Origin: Candidatus Micrarchaeia archaeon
Lineage (GTDB): Archaea > Micrarchaeota > Micrarchaeia > CABMEP01
Length of the DNA stretch: 64,000 bases
Reading direction: 5' to 3'
Assembly: GCA_038881595.1 (NCBI GenBank)
Contig: JAVZPM010000001.1
Coordinates: forward strand, 1-64,000
This document shows, piece by piece, positions 41,235 to 50,220 of this stretch (position 1 is the stretch's first letter; the number at the start of each line of letters is the position of its first letter). Both the position numbers and the translations under genes were made by a program. The notes beneath the pieces were generated by a model. It had not been told where the DNA came from, did no database searches, and saw only the letters and a list, made by a program, of their open reading frames with translations.

Positions 41235-44213
41235 ATGACAACAGATAATGAAAGCAAAATATTGGAATTTTGGAATGAGAATAATATTTATAAGAAGGCA
41301 AAGGAAATCAGAAAAAATGGAAAGAAGTTTTATCTATGTGATGGACCACCTTTTGCAACTGGAGGAATACATATAGGTACTGCATGGAATAAGGCATTGA
41401 AGGATGCATTCTGCAGATATAAAATGCTTCAAGGTTATGATGTTTATGTTAGAGCTGGATATGACACACATGGATTGCCAATAGAAACACAAGTTGAAAA
41501 GGAATTAGGTATAAAGGAAAAGAAAGAAATAGAAAATAAGGTGGGGATAGACAAATTCGTTAAGAGATGCAAGGAATTATGCGAGAGATACATAAAACTA
41601 ATGAACGAGCAGTTCATAAGGCTTGGAGTGTGGATGGATTTTGATGATCCGTATATAACATACAAGAATGAATATATTGAAAAGAGTTGGAAGACATTCA
41701 AAACCGCATATGAAAAAGGCCTGCTTTACAATGATCTTAGAGTTAACGCTCACTGTCCACGATGTCAGACAACCATGGCAAACTACGAATTAGAATATCA
41801 TGAAATGGTTGATCCTTCAATATTCGTAAAATTCAAGGTTGTTGGAAAAGAAAACACCTATCTTGTCATATGGACAACCACTCCATGGACTTTGGTAAGT
41901 AATATTGCAGTGATGGCAAATCCTTTGATAAAATATGTAGTTGCAAAGGTAGGGGATGAGGAATGGATTTTTGCAAAGGACAGACTCCAGGCAGTTGAAG
42001 AGGCTGCTGGTGAATCATTCATTATTACACGTGAATTTAGCGGAAAAGAGCTTGTAGATTACAAATATGAACATCCTTTAAAAGAAGAAACTGGAAGAAT
42101 CAATCCACAGCCTGTTGTAATGAGTGATGAATTCGTAACAACTGAAGATGGAAGTGGATTGGTGCATTGTGCTCCTGGACATGGACCTGAAGACTACATA
42201 ATAGGAAAAAGATATGGACTTGAGATTTTCTGTCCAGTTGGATCTGATGGAAAGTATACTGAAGAGGCTGGAATATTTAAAGGAAAGAACGTACTTGAAG
42301 TTAATGACGAGATAATTAAAATTCTAAAAGAAAAAGGAAGCTTAATCCAGGCAGGAAAGATAAGACACAGCTATCCTTGCTGCTGGAGATGCAAGACAAA
42401 ACTCATTCATCTCTCATCAAAGCAGTGGTTCATTAAGATAACAGAAGAAAAAGAAAAAATGTTGTCAGAACTTACAAAGGTTGTCTGGATGCCTGACTTT
42501 GCAGGAAAGTGGATGAGTAATTTCGTAGAGGATGCAAAGGACTGGTGCGTATCCAGACAGAGATACTGGGGAATACCGTTGCCAATATGGAAATGTGAAA
42601 ACCCTGAATGTAACGAGCTCAAGGTGATAGGATCTGCAACTGAGCTCGGACAAAATCTCAAGGATTATCACAGGCCGGAAATAGATAAAATAGAGTTTGA
42701 GTGTCCTAAATGCAAATCAAAAATGAAAAGAGTGCCGGATGTATTAGATGTCTGGTTTGATTCTGGTAATGCAATCTGGGCAGGATTGAGAAATGGAGAA
42801 GAAAATTACTATCCCTCAGATATGATCATAGAAGGAAAGGATCAGATAAGAGGATGGTTCTACTCATTACTGGGTTCAGGAGTGGTTTTAAATAATGAAA
42901 TTCCTTACGAATCACTGATAATGCATGGATATGTGGTTGATGAAAAAGGAAACGCAATGCACAAGTCATTAGGAAACTATGTTCCCTGGGAAGAAGTAAT
43001 ATCAAAATATCCTGCAGATGCAGTAAGGTTGATGGCGCTCAGCAATACAACATGGGATGACCTCAAGTTTAATTGGAATGAAATGAATGAGGCAAAGAAT
43101 GAATTAATGATAATAAACAACATGGCTACATTTATAGAAAGATTTTACAAACCTATAGAGAAAAGGCAAGAAAGCACGATGGTAGAAGATTTATGGTTGG
43201 AATCAAAAACAAATTCTCTGATAAAAGAAGTAACAGAACATATGGAGAAAGGAGAGAGCTTCCTTGCTCTAAGAAAGATAAGGAACTTCCTTATTCAGGA
43301 TGTAAGCAGGTTCTACATGAAACTGATAAAGAAAAGAGAGGACATATCCTGTCTCTACGATTCTTTCTTCAAGGCAATTCTTCTTGCAAGTCCATTCATA
43401 CCATTCACTGCTGAATCCATCTACCAAAGAATATATGCAAAAGACAAGAAAGAAAAAAGTATATTCTTCCATGAATGGCCAAAGGTAGAAGAAAATAAGA
43501 TAGATAAAGAACTTGAAAACCAAATAGAGATAGCTAAAGAGATGGCTGAAATCTGTAATTCAATGAGGGCTTCTGCAAACGTAAAGCTGAGATGGCCTCT
43601 GGAAGAAGCAGTGATAGTAAGCAGGAGCATAGAAACTGCAAATGCAATAAAGAATGTTGACAAAATAATAAGAATGCTTGCAAACCTTAAGCACGTTAAA
43701 ATTGACGATAAAACAAGGTTTGCAATTTCGAATGACATACAAAACGAACTAGACCAAAAAGCAATAGAAAAGATAACTGAGCTGAAATCTAAAGACGAAG
43801 CCGCCTTCCTAAAAGGCATGATTGAGATTGGAGAAAAGAAAATTGATTTCAGCAAGTACATAACAATCGATGGAGCAGAAAAAATGAAGGAATATCAGAT
43901 TAAGCCTTCACCTTACGGAGTTATATTGCTAAAGACAACGGTAGATAAAGAACTAAGAGCTGAAGGAATAATGAGCGAAGTGAGGAGAAGAATCCAATCA
44001 ATGAGGAAAGAAATGAATCTGATTGAAAAAGATAAAATAGAGGTATATATCAAGGGATCGGACGATATGGAAACGCTTATCAAAGAACACAGCACTCAGA
44101 TACTGGGAGAAATCAATGCAAATGAAATCAAAATCGGAACTGGTGGAAAACTGAAAAGGAGCTGGGACATAGAAGACGAAAAAGTAACGATTGGAATAAC
44201 CCAAATTGAATGA
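41235..44213 (+). CDS. ileS: Isoleucine--tRNA ligase
   Basis: DGPPFATG, HIGT, WTTTPWTL, GSGLVHCAPGHG, DWCVSRQRYWG, EGKDQIRGWF, AMHKS. Confidence 0.96.
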   Translation: MTTDNESKILEFWNENNIYKKAKEIRKNGKKFYLCDGPPFATGGIHIGTAWNKALKDAFCRYKMLQGYDVYVRAGYDTHGLPIETQVEKELGIKEKKEIENKVGIDKFVKRCKELCERYIKLMNEQFIRLGVWMDFDDPYITYKNEYIEKSWKTFKTAYEKGLLYNDLRVNAHCPRCQTTMANYELEYHEMVDPSIFVKFKVVGKENTYLVIWTTTPWTLVSNIAVMANPLIKYVVAKVGDEEWIFAKDRLQAVEEAAGESFIITREFSGKELVDYKYEHPLKEETGRINPQPVVMSDEFVTTEDGSGLVHCAPGHGPEDYIIGKRYGLEIFCPVGSDGKYTEEAGIFKGKNVLEVNDEIIKILKEKGSLIQAGKIRHSYPCCWRCKTKLIHLSSKQWFIKITEEKEKMLSELTKVVWMPDFAGKWMSNFVEDAKDWCVSRQRYWGIPLPIWKCENPECNELKVIGSATELGQNLKDYHRPEIDKIEFECPKCKSKMKRVPDVLDVWFDSGNAIWAGLRNGEENYYPSDMIIEGKDQIRGWFYSLLGSGVVLNNEIPYESLIMHGYVVDEKGNAMHKSLGNYVPWEEVISKYPADAVRLMALSNTTWDDLKFNWNEMNEAKNELMIINNMATFIERFYKPIEKRQESTMVEDLWLESKTNSLIKEVTEHMEKGESFLALRKIRNFLIQDVSRFYMKLIKKREDISCLYDSFFKAILLASPFIPFTAESIYQRIYAKDKKEKSIFFHEWPKVEENKIDKELENQIEIAKEMAEICNSMRASANVKLRWPLEEAVIVSRSIETANAIKNVDKIIRMLANLKHVKIDDKTRFAISNDIQNELDQKAIEKITELKSKDEAAFLKGMIEIGEKKIDFSKYITIDGAEKMKEYQIKPSPYGVILLKTTVDKELRAEGIMSEVRRRIQSMRKEMNLIEKDKIEVYIKGSDDMETLIKEHSTQILGEINANEIKIGTGGKLKRSWDIEDEKVTIGITQIE

Positions 44214-44282
44214 AGATGCACGTGAATGGTGCTGTGAAATGAAGTAAAATAATTTTCATTACTTTTTTTATTATGTGATTCA

Positions 44283-45158
44283 ATGAAGATAGGTTATCCA
44301 TGCATAAACAACAGTATTGGTTGTACTGCTAATTCCACATTTAGGCTTGCAAATTATTCAGAAGAAAACATGAAGGAAAAGATATCCAACAATCTTTCCT
44401 GCCTTAAAAAAATACTGGAATATAATGTAAAAAATGAATTGCTTTTTTTCAGAATAAGTTCAGATATTGTGCCGTTTGCTAGCCACCCGATATGTAAATT
44501 TGATTGGCAGAAATATTTTTCAAAAGAATTTAAAGCGATTGGAAAATATATCAAAGAAAAAAACATTAGAATATCAATGCATCCTGATCAATTTGTCTTG
44601 ATAAATGCAAAGGACAAAAGAATAATAGAAAGCAGCATTAGAGAATTGAATTATCATTGTGATGTACTTGACCTAATGGGGCTTGATAGTACTGCAAAAG
44701 TGCAAATACATGTCGGAGGCGTATATGGAAATAAGGAAGAATCTATTCAAAGATTCATTGAAAACTACAAAAAATTACCGAATAAAATAAAGAAAAGGCT
44801 TGTTATAGAGAACGATGAAAGAAATTATTCTTTAAAGGATTGCGTTGCTATATATCAAGAGACAGGAATTCCTGTTCTTTTTGACTCTTTCCACCATCTC
44901 TGTTTTAACAACGGTGAAACAAGAAGAAAAGGTGTAGAAATTGCAATGGAAACTTGGAAGGAAAAAGATGGAATATTAATGACAGATTATAGTTCACAAG
45001 AAAAAAATGCAAAGATAGGAACTCACGCTAGGCACATAGATATAAATGACTTTAAAAGATATATAGAAGAAACAAAAAACTTAGATTTTGATATAATGTT
45101 AGAAATAAAAGATAAAGAAAAAAGTGCGCTAAAAGCAAAAAAATTGATCTATTATTAA
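44283..45158 (+). CDS. uvsE: UV DNA damage endonuclease
   Basis: MKIGYPCIN, FFRISSD, SMHPDQF, IHVGGVYG, VIENDE, FDSFHH, DIMLEIKDKE. Confidence 0.95.
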   Translation: MKIGYPCINNSIGCTANSTFRLANYSEENMKEKISNNLSCLKKILEYNVKNELLFFRISSDIVPFASHPICKFDWQKYFSKEFKAIGKYIKEKNIRISMHPDQFVLINAKDKRIIESSIRELNYHCDVLDLMGLDSTAKVQIHVGGVYGNKEESIQRFIENYKKLPNKIKKRLVIENDERNYSLKDCVAIYQETGIPVLFDSFHHLCFNNGETRRKGVEIAMETWKEKDGILMTDYSSQEKNAKIGTHARHIDINDFKRYIEETKNLDFDIMLEIKDKEKSALKAKKLIYY

Positions 45159-45165
45159 TTAATTC

Positions 45166-45345
45166 TTACATTGACTTGAATTTGCTTCTCTTTTCCATAT
45201 CTCCCCAGCAATCCTTGCAGATCACTACGTGCTTATTCTTCTGTGGTCTTTTCGAGGACTTTGTGCAATCCTGGCATATCTTTCTTCCACAGAATGGATC
45301 TAATTCAGCATAGTGTACTTCTTTTTTGCATCTTTCACAAAGCAT
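45166..45345 (-). CDS. 59-aa Cys-rich zinc-finger protein (absent from the ORF track)
   Basis: GGTGA SD then MLCERCKKEVHYAELDPFCGRKICQDCTKSSKRPQKNKHVVICKDCWGDMEKRSKFKSM-stop. Confidence 0.8.
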   Translation of the reverse strand: MLCERCKKEVHYAELDPFCGRKICQDCTKSSKRPQKNKHVVICKDCWGDMEKRSKFKSM

Positions 45346-45556
45346 TTAATCACCATTAATCGAGCATATCCATCTTTACGTTTATATTAGATAAAAAGAT
45401 AAGAATATATAGTAAGATGAAATTATAAAACCTTTGTTTTGATGGTTTTAATCGCAATTAAATCTTAAAGACCCATCATTTTTATATTTTGTGTATCATA
45501 TAACTATCACTATAATAGACTCTGTTTTCTCCTATCAAGAAACTAAGGCGACCATT

Positions 45557-46246
45557 ATGAAAGAAATCTCAAAGATAGCTAAGTCATTCACATGCGAATG
45601 CGGAACAGTCAATAAGTTTGAATTCGAAACAGATTTCGATGTCCATGATATAAGAATGGCGGTAAAGTGCCAAGCGTGCGGAAGGGAAAGAACAATAGAG
45701 TTGATGAATTTCTTCAGAAAACATCCAACATTCATACAGCCAATAATTCAATCTGAATATCCAAACCAAAATGTTGATGTTGTTGATCCCGTAGCACAGC
45801 AAAATCAATTTCTAGCAAACATAGCCCAAAATCAACAAGATAATCAGGCTCAGTCAATTTCCAATGATGCATTTTCTGAAGCAATGCCATTGGGTATTCT
45901 GCAGGAAAACCAATCTAATAATCAATCCAGTCCAATGAATATGTTCGATTCTGATAGTGCAGCGGATATATTGGGCAACAAACCTAGCGATCCTTCAATT
46001 AAGCAGGTTGATGCTCAAGAAAAACCAGCTCAAAGCATATACGCTGGGCTTTTGGACCTAAATTTGATTAAAGAAGATGATGGAATATATGAACCATTTA
46101 AAAAGGAAGAACCCAATTATGGAAATGAGATCCCTAGTAATGGAATAATAATTGATAATCAAGAAAATGTAGTTGGAAAATATAGAGAAAAAAGTAAAGA
46201 AAAAGACGACGAAGAAACATTCTCTGCCTTGTTTGGTAACCTTTAA
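45557..46246 (+). CDS. Hypothetical protein: N-terminal Zn ribbon plus Q/N/D/E-rich disordered tail
   Basis: CECG...CQACG; low-complexity remainder ending DDEETFSALFGNL. Confidence 0.7.
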   Translation: MKEISKIAKSFTCECGTVNKFEFETDFDVHDIRMAVKCQACGRERTIELMNFFRKHPTFIQPIIQSEYPNQNVDVVDPVAQQNQFLANIAQNQQDNQAQSISNDAFSEAMPLGILQENQSNNQSSPMNMFDSDSAADILGNKPSDPSIKQVDAQEKPAQSIYAGLLDLNLIKEDDGIYEPFKKEEPNYGNEIPSNGIIIDNQENVVGKYREKSKEKDDEETFSALFGNL

Positions 46247-46589
46247 ACAATATCACTCTGAAGAAATCCTCTAAATTATTATTAATGTAAATTATTGATG
46301 ATCATGCCGATAGGCAAAGTTATATGCCAGAATATGCAAGAGGCAGGATGAATTATATATTAATTTCCATTTAGTAAAGAACATAGGATTTCTACAAGCC
46401 CAATAAAGTAACATTTAAATATAAATAAACTATATTATTATAATATAAAGAAAAACCATATTATATGATAATAAAGAACTTAAATCGAGTAATCATTAGA
46501 AACCAATACAAGGCTTGTTTTAAGATGATGTATAGATATTACAAATATTAATTGATTCTTACTTATTAATTAATAAGGAGGTGAAAGCT

Positions 46590-46802
46590 ATGTCCAACAT
46601 AAATAAAAAACAACCTACAAAATGTCCATACTTTAGTAATAAATTAATAATAAATACTTTAGGACTTAAAAGAAATGGGAAAGTTATAAATGAATTTTAC
46701 TATAAGTGTACATTAACTGAAGATATTATGTGTGAGAGAAGTACAAATTTATTGTTTCCTTTACTAGGAAGTAAAAGAATTTGCATTATAAAAGAAAGAT
46801 AA
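46590..46802 (+). CDS. Small basic hypothetical protein (70 aa, 4 Cys)
   Basis: Strong SD AAGGAGGTGA (46575-46584) 5 nt before ATG 46590. Confidence 0.55.
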   Translation: MSNINKKQPTKCPYFSNKLIINTLGLKRNGKVINEFYYKCTLTEDIMCERSTNLLFPLLGSKRICIIKER

Positions 46803-47120
46803 TAGATCTTTAAAATTAAATAACCATTCTTTTCTATATTTTTTCTAATTTTAAACCTTACTGAATATTGATATGAATGAATCTGCAATTCTCTCTAATA
46901 TACAAGAGAGATTCCCATCTTCTGGCTTCTTTATTTTTTTACTAAGTTCTTGTTTACCATTATAGCTGTGTATCGTTCATCTGATGTAAACTTTCGTATT
47001 TGAGAATCTCTAATTTTTACTGATTTAAATCATTCAATTGACTAATCGTTTAATTAAAAAGTTAACAAGAATATTGTATAATTTTATCTATCTATTTAGT
47101 CTCCTATTTTTATTCTTAGT

Positions 47121-48358
47121 TCTCACATCCATCATTGTATGATTTTAGACGAAGCGTATTGTTATTTGCTTAATTTGAATAATTTCGAGTTCACATCCAT
47201 CATTGTATGATTTTAGACATTCTGAATAACTTCTATCATCTTTTCTTTAAGCGCGTTCACATCCATCATTGTATGATTTTAGACAATTTTAATCATTATC
47301 AATCAGGTCAATATTCTAGTTGTTCACATCCATCATTGTATGATTTTAGACTATGTGATCTGCTCGCTTAACGGCTTTCCTTCTGCGGGTTCACATCCAT
47401 CATTGTATGATTTTAGACGCACTCTCTCTAAAGAGCAGAAGTTTGCAGGTGATGGTTCACATCCATCATTGTATGATTTTAGACGATCCATTTCTCCACT
47501 CAAATCCATTCGCCTCGCCTGATCGTTCACATCCATCATTGTATGATTTTAGACTTGACGCCTTAGGATATTCATTGTGTCGACCTCTGTTGTTCACATC
47601 CATCATTGTATGATTTTAGACTTGCTGTATTTCTTCTAAATAAGACATTTTACAAGCGTTCACATCCATCATTGTATGATTTTAGACTTTTATTCCACAT
47701 CCTCATTTGACCGCCCTCTCTAAAAAGTTCACATCCATCATTGTATGATTTTAGACCCATCCGTCTTTAAGATTAAACACTTTCTCATTCCTGTTCACAT
47801 CCATCATTGTATGATTTTAGACAACTGACGTTATCTTTTCTGCTATCAGATATAAAGTGTTCACATCCATCATTGTATGATTTTAGACTCTCTCATAACT
47901 GATGGGTAAAGACTATTAAAATCGGTTCACATCCATCATTGTATGATTTTAGACAAGCATTAGGACTTAACTCTTCCCACATGTTATCAAGTTCACATCC
48001 ATCATTGTATGATTTTAGACGAACCTCAGAAAAACGAAAACCACTGCAAAGGATAGTCTTGTTCACATCCATCATTGTATGATTTTAGACAATTGAGTTT
48101 GAGGGATTGATTGCGCAACTTGAGTAGTTCACATCCATCATTGTATGATTTTAGACCCGGTTGCATCACCTGTATTATCAGTGTTCCAATCATTCTGTTC
48201 ACATCCATCATTGTATGATTTTAGACGTTTCCTTGTATAGAAGATATTTGTGAGTTGATTGGGTTCACATCCATCATTGTATGATTTTAGACATGAGATT
48301 TCTGTGCTTAAAAAGCTTAAATTAGCTCGTTCACATCCATCATTGTATGATTTTAGAC
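47121..48358 (-). CRISPR. CRISPR array: 19 repeats of 30 bp, 18 spacers of 36-40 bp; repeat as transcribed GTCTAAAATCATACAATGATGGATGTGAAC
   Basis: Plus-strand GTTCACATCCATCATTGTATGATTTTAGAC repeated. The leftmost copy is degenerate (TCTCAC..., trailer end) and an AT-rich leader lies on the cas2 side, giving minus orientation. Confidence 0.98.
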
Positions 48359-48463
48359 CTGAAACTACATCGAATAAGAATTTTAATTAATTATTATAAT
48401 TTTAATACAAATTAACTTTTTTTAAAGTATTTAAAAAGGTTTGTAACACTGTCTATACTAGAT
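48359..48463 (-). promoter_or_regulatory. CRISPR leader with candidate BRE/TATA
   Basis: AT-rich non-coding gap between cas2 and the first repeat; minus-strand AAACC-TTTTTAAATA near 48428-48442. Confidence 0.75.
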
Positions 48464-48727
48464 TTAAATAATATTAGATCTTTCTATATTTCTGCCAAAA
48501 ACTAAATTTCTAATATTCGAGTATATTGGAACAATGAAAACCACTACTGAATCGTTTCCCTCATAATCGAAATCCTTTAGAAATAATTCAATTTCTTTCA
48601 ATTGTGAAGGATTTAAATTTCCATGGAAAACTGAAAATTGAATGTGATTTAGAAATCTCCTCAAAAAATTTCTTATTTTAAGTTGCTTTTTTACTTCGGT
48701 TATATCATAAACAACAATTACATACAT
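48464..48727 (-). CDS. cas2: CRISPR-associated endonuclease Cas2
   Basis: MYVIVVYDI, LNHIQFSVFHG, DSV. Confidence 0.96.
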   Translation of the reverse strand: MYVIVVYDITEVKKQLKIRNFLRRFLNHIQFSVFHGNLNPSQLKEIELFLKDFDYEGNDSVVVFIVPIYSNIRNLVFGRNIERSNII

Positions 48728-48728
48728 T

Positions 48729-49685
48729 TTACCACCAGGCCTTCAAAGGTTTATATTCAGAAATGTCTAAAAGGTCTTTCTCTATCTTATATAGCTCTAG
48801 TCTAATTAATTCACGTATTGAAAATAATCTATTGCTTTTACCTTTAACCGATTTCTTAATTTCATCATCGAATTCCTTAATTATTTTTTTAATACCGATT
48901 TTGCTTAAAAATACACCATCATTCGACTCGAAATCTAAAATAGGATCTAACATTTTCAAGTTAACCATCTTTATTAGAAGTCTTTCTGAAAGTAAAGGTT
49001 TGAATATTTCACTCACATCTAACGATAGTGAAAAACGCCTTTCAAAAGGTTCATGTAAAAAAGATATAGCTGGATTTAGATGTGTATGATATACTTCAGA
49101 TAAAACTGTTGAATAGACTATAGAATTAAGAAAACTTATGATTGCATTTCCTCTATTTGAAGGTGGGTTTATTTCTCTTCTGGTTATTTTAAATGAATCA
49201 TCTAGTCTTTCATCAATTAATGAGTAAAACTTCTTTCTTACTAATCCTTCTTTTTGCATTAATGATTCTATAGTATCTGAAGACGATATATCTGGTTTAT
49301 TTATTTCACCTAAATTAAATCTCCTACAAATCCAATCAATATTATTAATAGCACCTTCCACAAATTTAGAAGCAAACTTTAATCTACTTTTGTCATCAAG
49401 ATATCTTTTAACCTGTCTTACTACTAGATCACCAGAGATATAATGTTCTTTTGGGTAGAAAGAACCAATATAATCTCCTCTTTTTCCAAAGAAATTAACT
49501 ATTATTTTCCTTTTTTGAAATTCTTTTAGAACTTTTGTAGAAATAGAACCTGAACCAATAAAATAAAGAGAGTATATATTTTCAATTGGTATATCAACTT
49601 TTCTTTCTTTATTAATAAAATAAACTGTTGTATTTTTCATCAAAATTTTCCCATCATCAACAATGTAATAATTATCCAAACTCAT
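48729..49685 (-). CDS. cas1: CRISPR-associated endonuclease Cas1, type I-B-like
   Basis: YIGSFYP, RREINPPSNRGNAIISF, FLHEP, LDVSEIFKP, C-terminal KAWW; GGGGTGA SD before ATG 49685. Confidence 0.96.
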   Translation of the reverse strand: MSLDNYYIVDDGKILMKNTTVYFINKERKVDIPIENIYSLYFIGSGSISTKVLKEFQKRKIIVNFFGKRGDYIGSFYPKEHYISGDLVVRQVKRYLDDKSRLKFASKFVEGAINNIDWICRRFNLGEINKPDISSSDTIESLMQKEGLVRKKFYSLIDERLDDSFKITRREINPPSNRGNAIISFLNSIVYSTVLSEVYHTHLNPAISFLHEPFERRFSLSLDVSEIFKPLLSERLLIKMVNLKMLDPILDFESNDGVFLSKIGIKKIIKEFDDEIKKSVKGKSNRLFSIRELIRLELYKIEKDLLDISEYKPLKAWW

Positions 49686-50220
49686 AAGCGTCACCCCAAC
49701 AGAATAATCTATAACCGCACTTTTTGCAAGTAGGTATTTTGACTGGTTTTGGTGGAAACTTAGACTTTTTAATTTGGTGGATTTCATTTATAGTCGAATC
49801 TATATCATTAAAGTCTTCACTTGAAAGAGAAACAAAAATACGTTTTCCTGGTGAGATCAAGATACCTTGAACTTCTGTATCTGTTTGCTTCTTTAAGGAA
49901 TAAAGATAAAATTTTAATTGTTTTATGTGTGAATCTTTAATAGCGCTTTTTTTATATTCGTATATCACATATCTATTATTTAACTTGACTACATCAAATT
50001 TAGACCTAAATAGAGGCCTTTCTTTCCTCTCTGATTTATACTTGATTTCATGAACTAATCTCCCAATCTTTACATTTTCATCTTCATCTGACTTTATTAA
50101 TGAGTGAGAAAGATACCATAGTTGTGTTTTACAAACGAAAAAATAATTAAATTCAGTTCCACTTACATCATCGTATTTAATTTCACCTTTCATCATACTA
50201 TCATTTATCAGAATTTTCAT
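49672..50220 (-). CDS. cas4: CRISPR-associated exonuclease Cas4
   Basis: VSGTEFNYFFVCKTQLW, GRLVHE, KFD..YEYKKS, QLKFYL, CKKCGYRLFCW. Confidence 0.95.
   Translation of the reverse strand: MKILINDSMMKGEIKYDDVSGTEFNYFFVCKTQLWYLSHSLIKSDEDENVKIGRLVHEIKYKSERKERPLFRSKFDVVKLNNRYVIYEYKKSAIKDSHIKQLKFYLYSLKKQTDTEVQGILISPGKRIFVSLSSEDFNDIDSTINEIHQIKKSKFPPKPVKIPTCKKCGYRLFCWGDAYEFG

Noticed and set aside
46803..47120. Possible CreTA/CreR mini-array or pseudogene next to the trailer
   Set aside because: No convincing degenerate repeat copies seen; a short minus-strand frame has no recognisable similarity; cas6 and cas8 overlap, leaving no gap at the usual CreTA site.
47688..47726. Spacer contains CACATCC-TCATT, resembling the repeat
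   Set aside because: Short gapped match; the reverse strand reads like an ordinary gene junction.
48021..48060. Spacer shares GAAAACCACT with the cas6 upstream region and cas2 (possible autoregulatory guide)
   Set aside because: Only about 10 nt, internal to the spacer; expected by chance in AT-rich DNA.
47340..48211. Short ORFs across the CRISPR array (LKSYNDGCE and SHPSLYDFR repeats)
   Set aside because: They are translations of repeat-spacer units, not genes.
47151..48328. Strand bias of spacers towards coding sense
   Set aside because: Plausible reading frames fall on both strands; no clear bias without protospacers.
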